DNA from: Antedon mediterranea
Taxonomy: Eukaryota > Animalia > Echinodermata
Assembly: GCF_964355755.1 (NCBI RefSeq)
Contig: NC_092671.1
Coordinates: 12,152,001 to 12,216,000, forward strand
Length of the DNA stretch: 64,000 bases
Direction: 5' to 3'
The notes below the pieces were generated by a model. That model was not told where the DNA came from, made no database searches, and worked only from the letters and a program-made list of their open reading frames with translations. Below are positions 46,777-60,342 of the stretch, one piece after another; position 1 is the stretch's first letter, and each line of letters starts with the position of its first letter. Position numbers and translations under genes: made by a program.

Positions 46777-48666
46777 TTCATATTCCCAAATTTCAAAAAT
46801 TAAAAAAATACTTTATCTATGAATTATACAAAATCTACATTATCAAACTAGTGTGCTGTGCAAAAACATGGTAGTGGTATGCCCAAATAGTGATATGCAC
46901 CAATATGGTAGCGATATGACATCATCATGTCTATAATTATATGGGCACATCACATTTGTTGCCACATAAAGTTTGATAGTGTAGACAGAGCTTTACTTTA
47001 TTCTGTTTTATAGACAAATCAGAGGATAAATTTTGTAGTCAATGTCCACCAGGCTATAAATGCAATGAGGAGAAGAAAGACTGTAGTAAGTTTTAATACA
47101 TGTTTTTAAAATGTGTACACAATGGCAAAACAACGGAATTTAATCATCGTAAATTTACGGAAGCGTATAGTGACCACGACATGTTTAAATCCTTTATTAG
47201 AAGATATGGCATATTATAGTCTATCACATCATTTGGAAGACCGCTATCAGGTCATGAAAACTTAGATCTACTATTCTACATCCATTAGAAAGAGATTTAA
47301 TTTCATTTATTTTGTCAGAAAAGAACAAATACCAAATGGTTCATCAAAATGGAAATTTAAAAGAGTACAATTATAATTAAAATAATAATTATAATATAAA
47401 TAAAAATCATTAATAACCAAATTTAAATAAATGAAATAGTTAAAATCTAAATATGTCTTATTATTATTATAACAATATAAATATCGCTTTCAGTGTAACA
47501 TTAGTTAAATTACTAAAACAAAGTAGTAATTCACGTAAAGTAAAGGCCTTTAATCAATATAATTAATTAGTTGAATATCTAAAACAAATAAATTGTAGTT
47601 TACGATTCAGTTGAATCACTAAATCAATTTGTAGTTCATCTAAAAGTAAAGGCCTTCAATAATTAAATAAATATTTAGATACTAATTACTAACTAAAATC
47701 AAATTGTAATTAGCACATAGCACATTCATATTCCCAAATTTCAAAAATTAAAAAAATACTCTATCTATGAATTATACAAAATCTACATTATCAAACTAGT
47801 GTGATGTGCAAAAACATGGTAGTAGTATGCCCAAATAGTGATATGCACAAATATGGTAGCGATATGACATCATCATGTCTATATATGGGCACATCACATT
47901 TGTTGTCACATAAAGTTTGATAGTGTAGACAGAGCTTTACTTTATTCTGTTTTATAGGCAAATCAGAGGATACATTTTGTAGTCAATGTCCACCAGGCTA
48001 TAAATGCAATGAGGAGAAGAAAGACTGTAGTAAGTTTTAATACATGTTTTTAAAATGTGTACACAATGGCAAAACAACGGAATTTAATCATCGTAAATGT
48101 ACGGAAGCGTATAGTGACCACGACATGTTTAAATCCTTTATTAGAAGATATGGCATATTATAGTCTATCACATCATTTGGAAGATCGCTATCAGGTCATG
48201 AAAACTTAGATCTACTATTCTACATCCATTAGAAAGAGATTTAATTTCATTTATTTTGTCAGAAAAGAACAAATACCAAATGGTTCATCAAAATGGAAAT
48301 TTAAAAGAGTAGGCCTACAATTATAATTAAAATAATAATTATAATATAAATAAAAATCATTAATAACCAAATTTAAATAAATGAAATAGTTAAAATCTAA
48401 ATATGTCTTATTATTATTATAACAATATAAATATCGCTTTCAGTGTAACATTAGTTAAATTACTAAAACAAAGTACTAATTCACGTAAAGTAAACGCCTT
48501 TAATCAATATAATTAATTAGTTGAATATCTAAAACAAATAAATTGTAGTTTACGATTCAGTTGAATCACTAAATCAATTTGTAGTTCATCTAAAAGTAAA
48601 GGCCTTCAATAATTAAATAAATATTTAGATATTAATTACTAACTAAAATCAAATTGTAATTAGCAC
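46777..48666. repeat. Recent tandem duplication, 948-bp unit, 2 copies
   Basis: TTCATATTCCCAAATTTCAAAAATT at 46777 and 47725; near-identical throughout. Confidence 0.95.
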
Positions 48667-48869
48667 GTAAAGTAAAAGTCTGTCATTTCAGCCCCGCATA
48701 TGTCCTGCCACTCCCTATTTCATATAGAATTAATATCAATGAGTTATTCATTGTGTCGTGTATCCGTATTTTCTGGACTTATCGACGAATAAAAATATTG
48801 AATTTCGTCACCAACGGCTATTATTTTGCGGGAAATCACGGAACCCGGAAGCCAGCTGATCAGCGTGAG

Positions 48870-49140
48870 TGTGTGAAAATAACCCTGTGATATCCACCAA
48901 TTTCGATAGGAAAACGCTAAAATTTGTCGTTGTAAAAAACAAAAATGGAACAATAGCGTAATACTGAAAACTAATGTTATCAAATGTACGTTTCGCGATG
49001 TGTGAAAATAACCCTGTGATATCCATCAATTTCGATAGGAAACGCTAAAATTTGTCGTTGTGAAAAAAACAAAAATGGCACAATTATAGCGTAATACTGA
49101 AAACTAATGTTATCAAATCTTCGTTTCGTGATACATCTGA
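48870..49140. repeat. Tandem duplication of about 120 bp within a dispersed repeat
   Basis: GTGTGAAAATAACCCTGTGATATCCA at ~48871 and ~49000; similar sequence appears inverted at window positions 10-75. Confidence 0.75.
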
Positions 49141-49145
49141 GATAC

Positions 49146-49315
49146 ACCCCCAGTGGTCTAATGGTTAGGACATCTGCATATCAAGCAGACGGTTCTAGGG
49201 CGACTTTTTCACACATTCACAGATTTCCTTATCTTTATCGTTTCAAATTAATTAATTAAATTTCAGTATATCACCTGGCGGTTTAGAATTAATGTTCTGT
49301 GCCTGATGTGTTATA
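49146..49315 (+). mobile_element. tRNA-derived SINE with internal deletion (family of 25629)
   Basis: CCCCAGTGGTCTAATGGTTAGGACATCTGCATATCAAGCAG head and the same tail; B box deleted. Confidence 0.8.
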
Positions 49316-50024
49316 TAAGAGATCCCGATTCGTTAATAAAATACTGAAAGATGAGGGCGTATCAATTTGATCTCTTAATGTCCACTTATGATATACACTA
49401 ATTATTCTATTTTCTCAGCTCTGCGTGGGCATACCAGCGTCTATGGCAGCTTTCATGACGCGACAAGAGTACGGTGAGAAGAAAATGGATAGCAATGACG
49501 TCACGTCTATCACGCCTCTTATATATTCGGTGATCAGACAGCAAGGCAATGTTAGAATAAAGTAACTTACGAATAGTCCTGCAGTGTATCGTCTTTCTTT
49601 ATTTCAACTCATCAATTTCCATTATATCTTTGTAACTATAAAGGGTCGGTTCAGACTTATCCGGAAAAGTTAACCGGATGTCCAAAAAATATAAAATCCT
49701 ATTAACATATTTATCATTAAATTACGCATTTGATCTTTCGGCTTAGACTCCTAAACTGTAGAGCATTTTAGGGGGTATACAAAACTCATATAGAAGGACC
49801 TGATCAGGCTACGACGACTTTTATGATAATATCTAAATGATTTCTGTCATTCATTTGTCTTTGGGTCGTTTTTCATCATTTATGGTTTCTTATCTTCATC
49901 AACATCATCATCAACATCGATCAAGATTGACCGTTAGGCTATTCTGGAGTAATCTTAATATAATTTATATATGGTCTTACGCAGTCTAGTTTCAGACGGC
50001 GATTGTGTAATACTGTAAAACCTC

Positions 50025-50905
50025 GATAAGAAGTCTTTTTGGTTGACAAAAGTAATCTCGAGAAGAAGCTTATATCGAAAAGAAGTTCATATCGAAAAGA
50101 AGTCAACTCTCTTTGGTTGACAAACGTAATCTTAAAAAAAGCCCATGTCGAAAAGAACCCAACTCTCTTTGGTTGGCAAAATATATCTCGAAATGAAGCC
50201 AACCTTGAAAAGAAGTCAACTCTCTATGGTTGTAAAAAATAATCTCGAAATGAAGCCCATATCGAAAAAAAGTCAACTGTCTTTGGTTGACAAAGTAATC
50301 TCGAAAAGAAGCCAATATCGAAAAGAAGCTAACCCTCTTTGCTTGCCAACCAGAAGTAATCTCGAAAAGAAGACCATATCGAAAAGAAGCTAACCCTTTT
50401 TGCTTGGCAACCAAAAGTAATCTCGAAAAGATAAAAGAAGCCCCTATCAAAAAGAAGCCAACTCTCTTCGGTTGACAAAGTAATCTCGTAAAGAAGCCCG
50501 TATGGAAAAGAAGCCAACTCTCTTTGGTTGGCCAAAGTAATTTCTAAAAGAATTTCATATCGAAAAGAAGCCAACTCTCTTTGGTTGACGAAGTAATCTC
50601 TAAAGAAGCCCATCTTGAGAAGAAAGCCATCTCTAAAGCAAGTCCACTGGGTTTCTTTTCGTAAAACCCATTATATTTTTCTCTCATATCAGGAATATTT
50701 TGGAAGCCGATCTGAAAAAAGAAGCCAACCCTCTTTGGTGGGCAAAAGCAATCTCTAAAAGAATTCCATATCGAAAAGAAGCCAACTCCTCTTGGTTGAC
50801 AAAAGTAATCTCTAAAGAAGCCCATCTCTAAAAGAAAGCCATCTCTGAAGCAAGTCCACTGGGTTTCATTTCGTAAAACCCATTATATTTTTCTCTCATA
50901 TCAGG
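50025..50905. repeat. Satellite-like array (~58-60 bp units) with a higher-order duplication
   Basis: TCGAAAAGAAGCCAACTCTCTTTGGTTGACAAAGTAATC repeated more than 10 times; block ~50510-50695 repeated at ~50720-50905. Confidence 0.9.
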
Positions 50906-53900
50906 ACTATAAGGACTACAGTATCTGTGTAAATTGGTCTTTAGGCGGTAAATGTTTGAACGATAAATATTTTAAACGATTGACATTCATTTTTTTTATG
51001 CTAAATAACCTTGAACTACTACGCTAACATTTTGAATACATTTACAAACATGTTATTTTAATTGTGCTAATTTATTAAATTCTATGCTGTATGATATTTT
51101 ATGATGATGTCAAATAATGAATACAACCTGAATATATTTTGTTTAATTGACATTGTATTGATAAACGATTTATAATAATTTAGGTTTTGCTGACCTAACT
51201 GGTGCAATTAAAACGTACGCATACTGATGGAAATAATCAATAATTGTTAGTTTATTTGATTATTTGCATACATTTACCAACATTATTTTTGTACTATACT
51301 ACGGGATACGGAAATTTATTTATATACATCTAGCTCAGTACAGCAGCAAGCCACTAGCTACCGTAAATCCGAGTTTCGACTAACAGTAAGTATAAGTTTG
51401 CTTCTTTTTTATCATTTATTATTATTTATTTATTCAAATTTCTGGCAGATAAAAAACAAGCAAATGAAAGGTAAGATAAAGATAAATAAAACAAATTTAA
51501 TCTACAACATCTACAAGAAATTGACCAACTGCAAACATTTCTGTCATTGGACAAAAAAAAAAGAATTTATGAGTTGTTTAGCATCATCATCGCAATATTG
51601 CCATATATATTTTATGTTTACACAGTATTTATAATATAATATAGAATTGAAATTTATTGTAAAGCTTTTAATTATGCGTTTTTCCATATATTCATATGAG
51701 AAACAATGCTTCGATTGACAATGATCTGAGATGTCAGGTTAGTATGTAACACTGTTACAGTACGATACGATACCAGTATTTTTTATTGTCATTTTAAGAA
51801 CGCGAAGTATAAATTAAATGTAGTTGGTTGTTTTACATTTTGATTTACATACAATTATACAATGAATAAAAGAAAGCGTGTAACCAATTAATCTTACGAA
51901 CTTGCTATTAAATACGTAGTGGGCTTAACTCTCAATTAGTATGTACGATACGATATTAATCAACCATCTTTACTTGTGTGATCTGCTTTATACTTAAAGG
52001 TGACCTGCGCAAGGGTGCTGAATGTAAACCATCAGCCATGTGTATTAATGGACAACCTATTATTGGTAAGTATTTTTTATTTTTATTTTTTTTATTTTAT
52101 TCAATTTCCAGGTAACATACAAAAATCATAAACAAGGTACGGCATCATTCAACAAAACAGAACAAAAGTACTATCAGCACCTGCCGGTAACCAAAAGTGG
52201 ATCAGTTCAAAAGAACTGCACTGTCGAGTGGCTTTCCCAACTAATAGTACGAAAAACGCAATAGACATAAAAACACAGTGATAGTCTAGATGAATTCGAT
52301 ATCAGTAAGTTATGAATTGAGTTGCGTGATTCGAACGCAAATTTCTTCGTTAAGTTAGTTTTCATACACGTGACAAGATACATATTTTGTTTTTGTTGAG
52401 CAAATATTTAGTCCATGCAGAGAAGAGTTAAATTATTAAATTACACTGAAATTTCACTGTATGGTTCATGTGTGTAGGCCTATTATTCTCTCAATGATAC
52501 ACTAATATTCTATTATCTTTTTATTGCAGGAACAACGAACAGAGTCTCTATGTTTTCCAACAAAGCAGATGTTAATAGAGCATTGGGATAAAATAGAAGT
52601 AGGTGATAAATGTTTGAGTCTTTTTGTGAATCGTTGTATTTACTGCTGCAGAGGCCGAACTGATTCTCGATGCTAGAATAAAATAACATACGCATATTTT
52701 TGTTTTGTTTGTCTTTCTTTATGTTTGTGAAAAGTTTAGAAGTCACGGTTTTTATTGACATTGTTTAATCTCAGGATAGATAGAACCCGAGATCTCAGCT
52801 GTGAGAGGCTGTATAGTCCGGTGGCAGGAGGGGAATATCAACACCCGACGGGTGACAAATTGTCATTCAACTTTTCTTGACCAGAATTTTCCGTATATTA
52901 CGAATCCGAATCAATCATGCTAAGGAAGCGTTTTAGAGATATGAGGGGTCAAAATTCAAATTGACCAATTACAAAAATATAGTATATTTTCAATTCACGT
53001 TTTAGACTATCTTTTATTCCAAACGCAAATATACATGTTTAATTCAAAATTTAAGAGAACTTTTTAATTCGATATTTTAATTGTTGCAATTTGTATTTTT
53101 TTTCGTATTTTTACCTATTTTTAATGTTTTTTTATAAGTATTTTAAATATTTTATATCCTGTATCTTGCCAAAGAAGACAATTTTCAAAAATAGTCTATT
53201 CTTTACGAATAAAGTGTATCTATGTCTAGTCGTTCTTTGGATAATAAATGCCGTCATGATAGAAACTCTATTACATTATGATTTAGCCTATAATTTGAAA
53301 AGAGAATCCTGTAATTTGATTGGTTGATAATCGTGTTACAGACCTACTTCGGATATTCATTAGTATATTGCTAACCTTATATAACCGCTAATGTTAATGA
53401 CCTTGTGTTTATATGTAATTTCTTTCTCTTCATCTGAACACAAAAATACAAATATATAAATACAACAAGCACGAATGTGTCGATTGACAATAATATGTAT
53501 ATATTATGCTATCGGCCTAAACTCTGCGCCGTCAGGTTGGTAGATGTCTTAAAAAAAAAAAAAGAATGCGTTGTTTATTTGCGCCACATCGCAGATAATA
53601 ATTTATGATTATATGATTGTATTCATAGCAAACATTTGTCTACTCAAGGATGACTTAAGTCTTGAAATAAATAAGAATTAGTCAGTATTTCTGAGAGACG
53701 TTTATTTCCACAGAGGTAATTTATATGAGATGAAAGTTTATGGAGGTTGATATTTATTTTAAGCAAGTTAGGCCTACTACTCTCGTTTGATAGTCATTAT
53801 TTGGATACCGGTAGTCATGATATAAACTAAGATGGTACAAATTATATTTATAATTTATGAAGAGAATCCTATAATTTGATTGGTTGATAATCGTGCTACT

Positions 53901-54839
53901 ATACTTAACGATGTATATTCATTATTTCTAACCTTATATACCGCTAATTATGACCTTGTGTTCTAATTGCTCTTCATCTGAACACAAAACTACAAAATAT
54001 CAAAAGATAAAAGCAGGAGAAACCCCATTTTCCAATTTTTTTTTCTCCGGTCATGGGACCGGAATCCGGACTCAATGTGAACTCACTATATCTTGTTTCC
54101 AGATGTCATCCTTAAATTAGTTGTATTTGCTTATTTGCATACATTTATAAACTTATTATTTTAATCATGCTAATTTATTAAAATATATATGACATTTGGT
54201 AATAGTGCGTGATAATGCCAAATGTTATAGACCTATGATAAAAACGACAATGCTTGAATAATTATAATCTTGACATTTCGTTGTTGATCGATCGGTGTTA
54301 AGCCTACTTTTATGAGTCAATAAACGATGGTGATAATGTATTAAAACTTATGCATAGTGTTAAAGTCAATAGCAGAAAAGATATAAATATCAATTAAAAA
54401 ATGGTTGTTGGTTTTTTATTTGCTTATTCATTTATAAACTTAGTTAATCTTGCTAATTTATTCAAATATATGCGGTATGATATTTAATAATAAACGATAA
54501 TTTATTAAAACTTATGCATTTAATGGGAAAGAGAATATCATGAAAAGTAAAAAATCAATCATAAATTGTTTGTTGTTTTTTATTTGATTGCATAAATTTA
54601 ACAACAAATATATAACTAATAATATAACATTATATATGTATATGTATATAATTGGTGGACAGGAATAAAAAGAAATACAACAAAGGAGACAGGGTGGTCA
54701 ATGGTGGGTGGAGACTGAATAAATGTAGAAAACAAAGAAGGTAGCTTGGTAGAGATATAAAAAAATTTGGAATGGAACTAAGAAACAGCTTAAATTGTGG
54801 TTAATATTGAAACTAAAATGTTGGTGTAGTCAATAGAAT

Positions 54840-54970
54840 ATTATTAATAATAATAATAATAATAACATTAACAATAACAATAATAATAACACTAATAATA
54901 ATAATAATAATAATAATAACAGGATTTTTATAGCGCACATACCACTCAAGAATGCTCAAGGCGCATTCAA
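54840..54970 (-). repeat. (AAT)n microsatellite attached to an L2/SINE-type 3' tail
   Basis: Minus strand GCGCCTTGAGCATTC...GTGCGCTATAAAAATCC followed by (TTA)n. Confidence 0.6.
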
Positions 54971-55121
54971 AAAAATAAACAAATCATACAAATGCCCGAC
55001 AAATAAAATGCAATTTCTTTGGAGGGTCCCCATATTACCGATCTGGGAGTATGTTCCTAATGTTAAGGCCAAAAGGTTTTGTGGTTTTAAGTGGTAATTC
55101 CCAGTGGTTTTCTTTGTATTT

Positions 55122-55350
55122 GCGAGTTGTGGCTTGGTGGTTATGATGCTTGGCTACCACTCCAAGGGTCCTTGGTTCAAGTCCCGTCACAGGTCAAGAT
55201 TTTTTCTAAGGACAAAATTACAACTCCACTCCCAAAGACTTTGTTTATGTAGAGCATCTTGTGTATGTTTGTCTTGTGAACCTTTGAGGGTCCCTAATGA
55301 TCAGCAATTGCTGGATGGATCACCCTCACCCTATCGTTTAAAAAAAAAGT
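55122..55350 (+). mobile_element. tRNA-derived SINE (second family)
   Basis: A box TGGCTTGGTGG, B box GGTTCAAGTCC, A-rich tail near 55340. Confidence 0.55.
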
Positions 55351-56334
55351 TTTGTCGCTCCATTTTACATCGTGGTCTATTGCAATAACTCTGAAATTTG
55401 CAATTGAGTGACCAGCTGAATTAAAATGTTTGGAAATGATAAGCTTTACGATGTTATTTTTATCTGCTTATATTTACATAAATAATAATAAATAAATAAA
55501 ATTTATCATTATTATTTTCTATTGCGCTATAATGTATTTAAATATATAAATATCACCCTGTGCCTAAACATTTATTAATCAAGTTGTGCAAAGCAAGCTT
55601 GCAAGTTACGGATTTACCTGGGTTTCAATAACAGTAAGTTATCTGCTAGCTAAACACAAAAACAATTATTTTTAAAACATGATTTTTATATAAGGATTAA
55701 GACACATGTATTCAAAATACATTAAATGTCAACCGAATTTTCTTTATTTTTTTATAATTTAATTTTTATTCTTTTTTTTTTTGGTAATTAATTAATTAGT
55801 TGGTTTTTCAATTAGCTCTTTGCTCTATTTTGTTCATAATATGTCTTATTATCATTATTTGTCCGTTCTTCGTAGAGTTCATTCCAGAAAACAAGATGCT
55901 TCGATTTACAATAATATTAATGTTAATATCGTGCTGTCAACCTAATGAGACACCTCACCGATCTAATAAAGGTTAGAAAAGTGGCAGAATTAGACCACTT
56001 AAATCTTTTAGTATTACAAACATAATACACCGCTTTTTATAATTCGGTAGTTTGAATATTTGTATTTTTTTTTATCGTATTTTTCTTTTTTTTTAATGTC
56101 TTCCTTATAAGTATTAAATGTATTTTATATTCTGTATCTTGCCAAAGAAGACAATTTTTCAAAATAGTCTATATTCTTTACGAATAAAGTGTATCTATGT
56201 CTAGTCGTTCTTTGGATAGTAGGCCTAAATGCCGTCATGATAGAAACTGTATTAAGTGTAGATTTATAATTTGAGAAGAGTATCCTGTAATTTGATTGGT
56301 TGATAATCGTCTTACAGGCCTACTTGTTAAGCGT

Positions 56335-56730
56335 AATGTAATGCGACATTTATATAGCGCAATTTCATGAAGATCAGAGCGCTGTGGACTTAGATGTTAC
56401 ACCATTTCTACAACATTCTTCTCCCCTAAGGGTCACATCGTGTCATCGGCAGCCAACTACGGCGCCATTACGTCTGTCCACGACAGTGTGTGGGGGTGCG
56501 TGTGTGTGTGTGAACTAGTACACCGGGGCAACCCCCTACTCGTCTCGAAAGATGTACAGTACTAGGTTCTTTAAAGTGCACACGAGCAATATACATACAC
56601 TGGTATATAGTCCTTATTATCCGAGAAGACTTGTTCTACCACCAGAACCATGGAGCGTAGTGAGCCTCGAACCCTTGCAGATGTTATAGCAATGGATTAC
56701 GGTTCCACTGTCTTAACCGCTCGGCCACTC
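56335..56730 (-). mobile_element. tRNA-headed SINE with Deu/Nin-type central domain and L2-like tail
   Basis: Minus strand head GTGGCCGAGCGGTTAAG...GGTTCGAG; central TTAAAGAACC...TTTCGAGACGAGTAGGGGTTGCCCCGGTG; tail AGCGCT...GCGCTATATAAATG(CATTA)n. Confidence 0.7.
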
Positions 56731-59347
56731 ATTACAATTAAACGATTACAATTAAAATAATGCAATACTAACGTCATCAAAACTCTGGAGTTTACAAACA
56801 CTGGTCAACTCAGGCGTTGTTTATGTGCGATGCATCGCAGAAGAACCGGTATTTTAGTCTTAATTAATTATTGGGATATTTTAATAAATCCCACATATGG
56901 TTTGTTTTCTTAAAGTGAAGCCATGTGGTGATAGTTGGTGTACGCCTACACATTGCGAATTTGACCCGGAACGCAATACACATTATTGTGGTACGTTATT
57001 ATATTTGTATTCATAGCAAACATTAGTCTGCTCAAGGATGACTTGCCTCTTAAAGCTCAGGTACAGGCATGAATTTTAAATATAATATCTGGTTAATTAA
57101 TACATAAATCAAATATTTGTTACAGAAATCAAGACGAAAAAACATGAATATCCCTTAATATGGCCAAATACAAAATTTGGCAAAATTCTGCCATAAAAAC
57201 CAGGAAGACTTTTTTCAGTAGTTTGGTAGTTTAAAGATGTATTGTCCCTTTGACTAATTTCAAAAAAAATTTTTTTTTTAAATTTTGAAAAAAAGGGGGT
57301 CATTTTGAAGTATCATAATAGTTATTAACTTTCACCAAAAATTAATCGAAAAAAAAAATAATTTAACCGAAATAAAGATGTTTTTTTGTTCAAAAAATAA
57401 CTTTGACTTCCAGTCAAAGTTTTCAATCAAAACATATCTCATAATGCAACGCGCTTGTTTGGCTACTCTGTATGCATAATCATAAAACTTCTTCGCGATC
57501 TGTGTGAAAACACCTTCTCAACCGTGACGAGTTGTAAACAATCCTAATTAGCATCATATATAATGCATACTCATGGTTTGAAATCTTTGTTTACTTTCGC
57601 TTGCGACGATTTCCCAGACGAAATGTAATCTAATTAATTTACCTGTTAATTACGTAAACTTGTTGTTTTTGGCTCGATTTTTCGACTTAAAGTGAATAAC
57701 TTTAATATTACTTTGATATGGCTAATTTGAATTTAGAATATTTTTTTTTCATTTTTTGTGTTTCAAGGGACAATACATCTTTAAGCTAATGTAATAACAT
57801 GTCTGGTGACTCCCTAGAAGGTGAAAAAAGATGATGGATATACGATGGATAATTTTTGCTATAGCATGAAAATAAAAATCTGAAGTTGAATAAAAATAAC
57901 AGAAATGTAAAATTCAAGTTATATTACCTATATTTAGTCATCTAACATTTTTTACCACCCCGTTTATTTTTCATAGCTTTTTAAAATTTTACAAAATTTG
58001 TGTACAAAAGAATAGAGATTGTACTTTGTATTTTCAACACGCTCGTGTAACACAAATAAAATCCCCCAAAATATATAAAATATGGGGTAAACTATAGATC
58101 GATAATTATTGGAATGATGATCAATAGAAATGTTTGCCCGCACCTGGCCTTTAAAGTAAAAATTAATATTATGTATGATATTAATTATATTCAATGATAC
58201 ATTTTGTAGGTAAACGTCAGTTGAAGAACCGGTATTTTAGTCTTAATTAATGATTGTGATATTTTAATAAATCACACATATGGTTTGTTTTTCCTAAAGT
58301 GGAGCCATGTGGTGATAGTTGGTGTATGCCTACACATTGCATATTTTACCACGAACACAATACACATTATTGTGGTAAGTTATTATATTTGTATTCATAG
58401 CAAGCATTAGTCTGCTCAAGGATGACTTGCGTCTTAAAGTAAAAATAATTTGAGTTACACATTAATATTATGTATGATATTAATTATAATACAATGATAC
58501 ATTTTGTAGGAAACGTCAGTTGAATACTGCATACAAAGCTAAATTGTGATTAAACTAACAGCTCGGCCACTTACTCATTACAATTAAACGATTACAATTG
58601 AAATAATGCAATAAACTGTACTAACGTCATCAAAACTCTGGAGTTTACACACACTCGTCAACTCAGGCGTTTATGTGCGACGCATCGCAGAAGAACCGGT
58701 ATTTTAGTCTTAATTAATCATTGTGATATTTTAATAAATCACACATATGATTTGTTTTCTTAAAGTGGGGCCATGTGGTGATAGTTGGTGTATGCCTAAG
58801 CATGTATGCAATTTTGACCCGGAACGCAATACACATAATTGTGGTAAGTTATTATATTTGTATTCATAGCAAACATTAGTCTGCTCAAGGATGACTTGCG
58901 CCTTAAAGTAAAAATAATTTGAGTTACATACTAATATTATGTATGATATTAATTATATTTAATGATACATTTTGTAGGAAACGTCAGTTGAACATTGCAT
59001 ACAAAGCTAATGTGGTTAAACTAACAGCTCGGCCACTTACTCATTACAATTAAACGATTACAATTAAAATAATGCAATACTAACGTCATCAAAGCTCTGG
59101 AGTTTACACACACTCGTCAACTCAGGCGTTTATGAGCGACGCATCGCAGAAGAACCGGTATTTTAGTCTTAATTAATTATTGTGATATTTTAATAAATCA
59201 CACATTTGATTTGTTTTCTTAAAGTGGAGCCATGTGGTGACAGTATGTGTATGCCTAAGCATGTATGCAACTTTGACCCGGAACGCAATACACATTTTTG
59301 TGGTAAGTTATTATATTTTTATTTATAGCAAACATTAGTCTGCTCAA
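56720..59347. repeat. Tandem repeat of about 460 bp, about 4 copies, first copy interrupted
   Basis: AGAACCGGTATTTTAGTCTTAATTAA at 56842, 58225, 58692 and 59151. Confidence 0.9.
57054..58150. mobile_element. Non-autonomous Kolobok-like DNA transposon
   Basis: TTAA TSD (57050-53 and 58151-54), AG termini, imperfect TIRs AGCTCAGGTACAGGCA / AGGCCAGGTGCGGGCA; the empty site CTTAAAGTAAAA is seen in the neighbouring repeat units. Confidence 0.75.
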
Positions 59348-60342
59348 TGATGGATCATTTTCTTAAATTATGTTTCTCACACTTTTGTTACACACTTTTT
59401 TTTTACAGCTAGCGATGACTTCACTGTTTTTGGCAGCCATGGAGATCTTGCAAGATCATTTGGTTAAATAAATTGCCTTCGATAAAATGGTTGATGCTCT
59501 GAAATGCATAAAGATAATGTGTACGTTTTGTGTGCTTAGAGGCCCAATTCTCGGTGGTGGTAGAATAAAATAACATATGCTTCTTGTTTTGTTTGTCTTT
59601 CTTCTTCTTCTAAGCGTCATATTTCTATATATAGGTATTTATTCATAAAAAAACACATAAATAGTACAAACAGAAGGCAGCCAACGGCTGAATAATTCTG
59701 CAAACAACGTACAAAGCAAAAATTCAAAAGAATCTAACAACAATATAATAAGTATAACACAGTAAATCAAATCATTAATAAGCCGTTAAAATTCTTTAAA
59801 ATGCCTAAAGACCCAGATTCAGTCGGTAATCATTAATTCATTCATTATTATTAATGCTATAATTTCAGTACTTAATTTTTGTGTGTATCTGTTAAACCCA
59901 CAATTCTCGTGCACCAATTGGTGGACAGCGATCACGAAAATTATGCGTGCGCTACAATTGCACAGTTTAATTCCACTATTTTGTTATAAAATCCACGTTA
60001 CGCGGAATATCAGCGAGACGTTTATTTCCACAGAGGTAATTTATATGAGATGAAAGTTTATGGAGGTGGATATTTATTTTAAGAAAGTTAGGCCTACTAC
60101 TCTCGTCTGATAGTCATTATTTCGATACCGGTAGTAAATGTCGTCATAATAGAAACTAAGATGGTACAAATTAAAATTATTTATAATTTATGAAGAGAAT
60201 CATGTAATTTGATTGGTTGATAATCGTGCTACTATACTTATGATGAATATTCATTATTTCTAACCTTACATAACCGCTAATTATAAACTTGTGTTCTAAT
60301 TTATTGCTCTTCATCTGAACACAAAACTACAAAATATCAAAA

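Noticed and set aside
49939-50825. Cluster of overlapping ORFs on both strands
   Set aside because: By-product of the satellite array; repetitive translations with no protein motifs.
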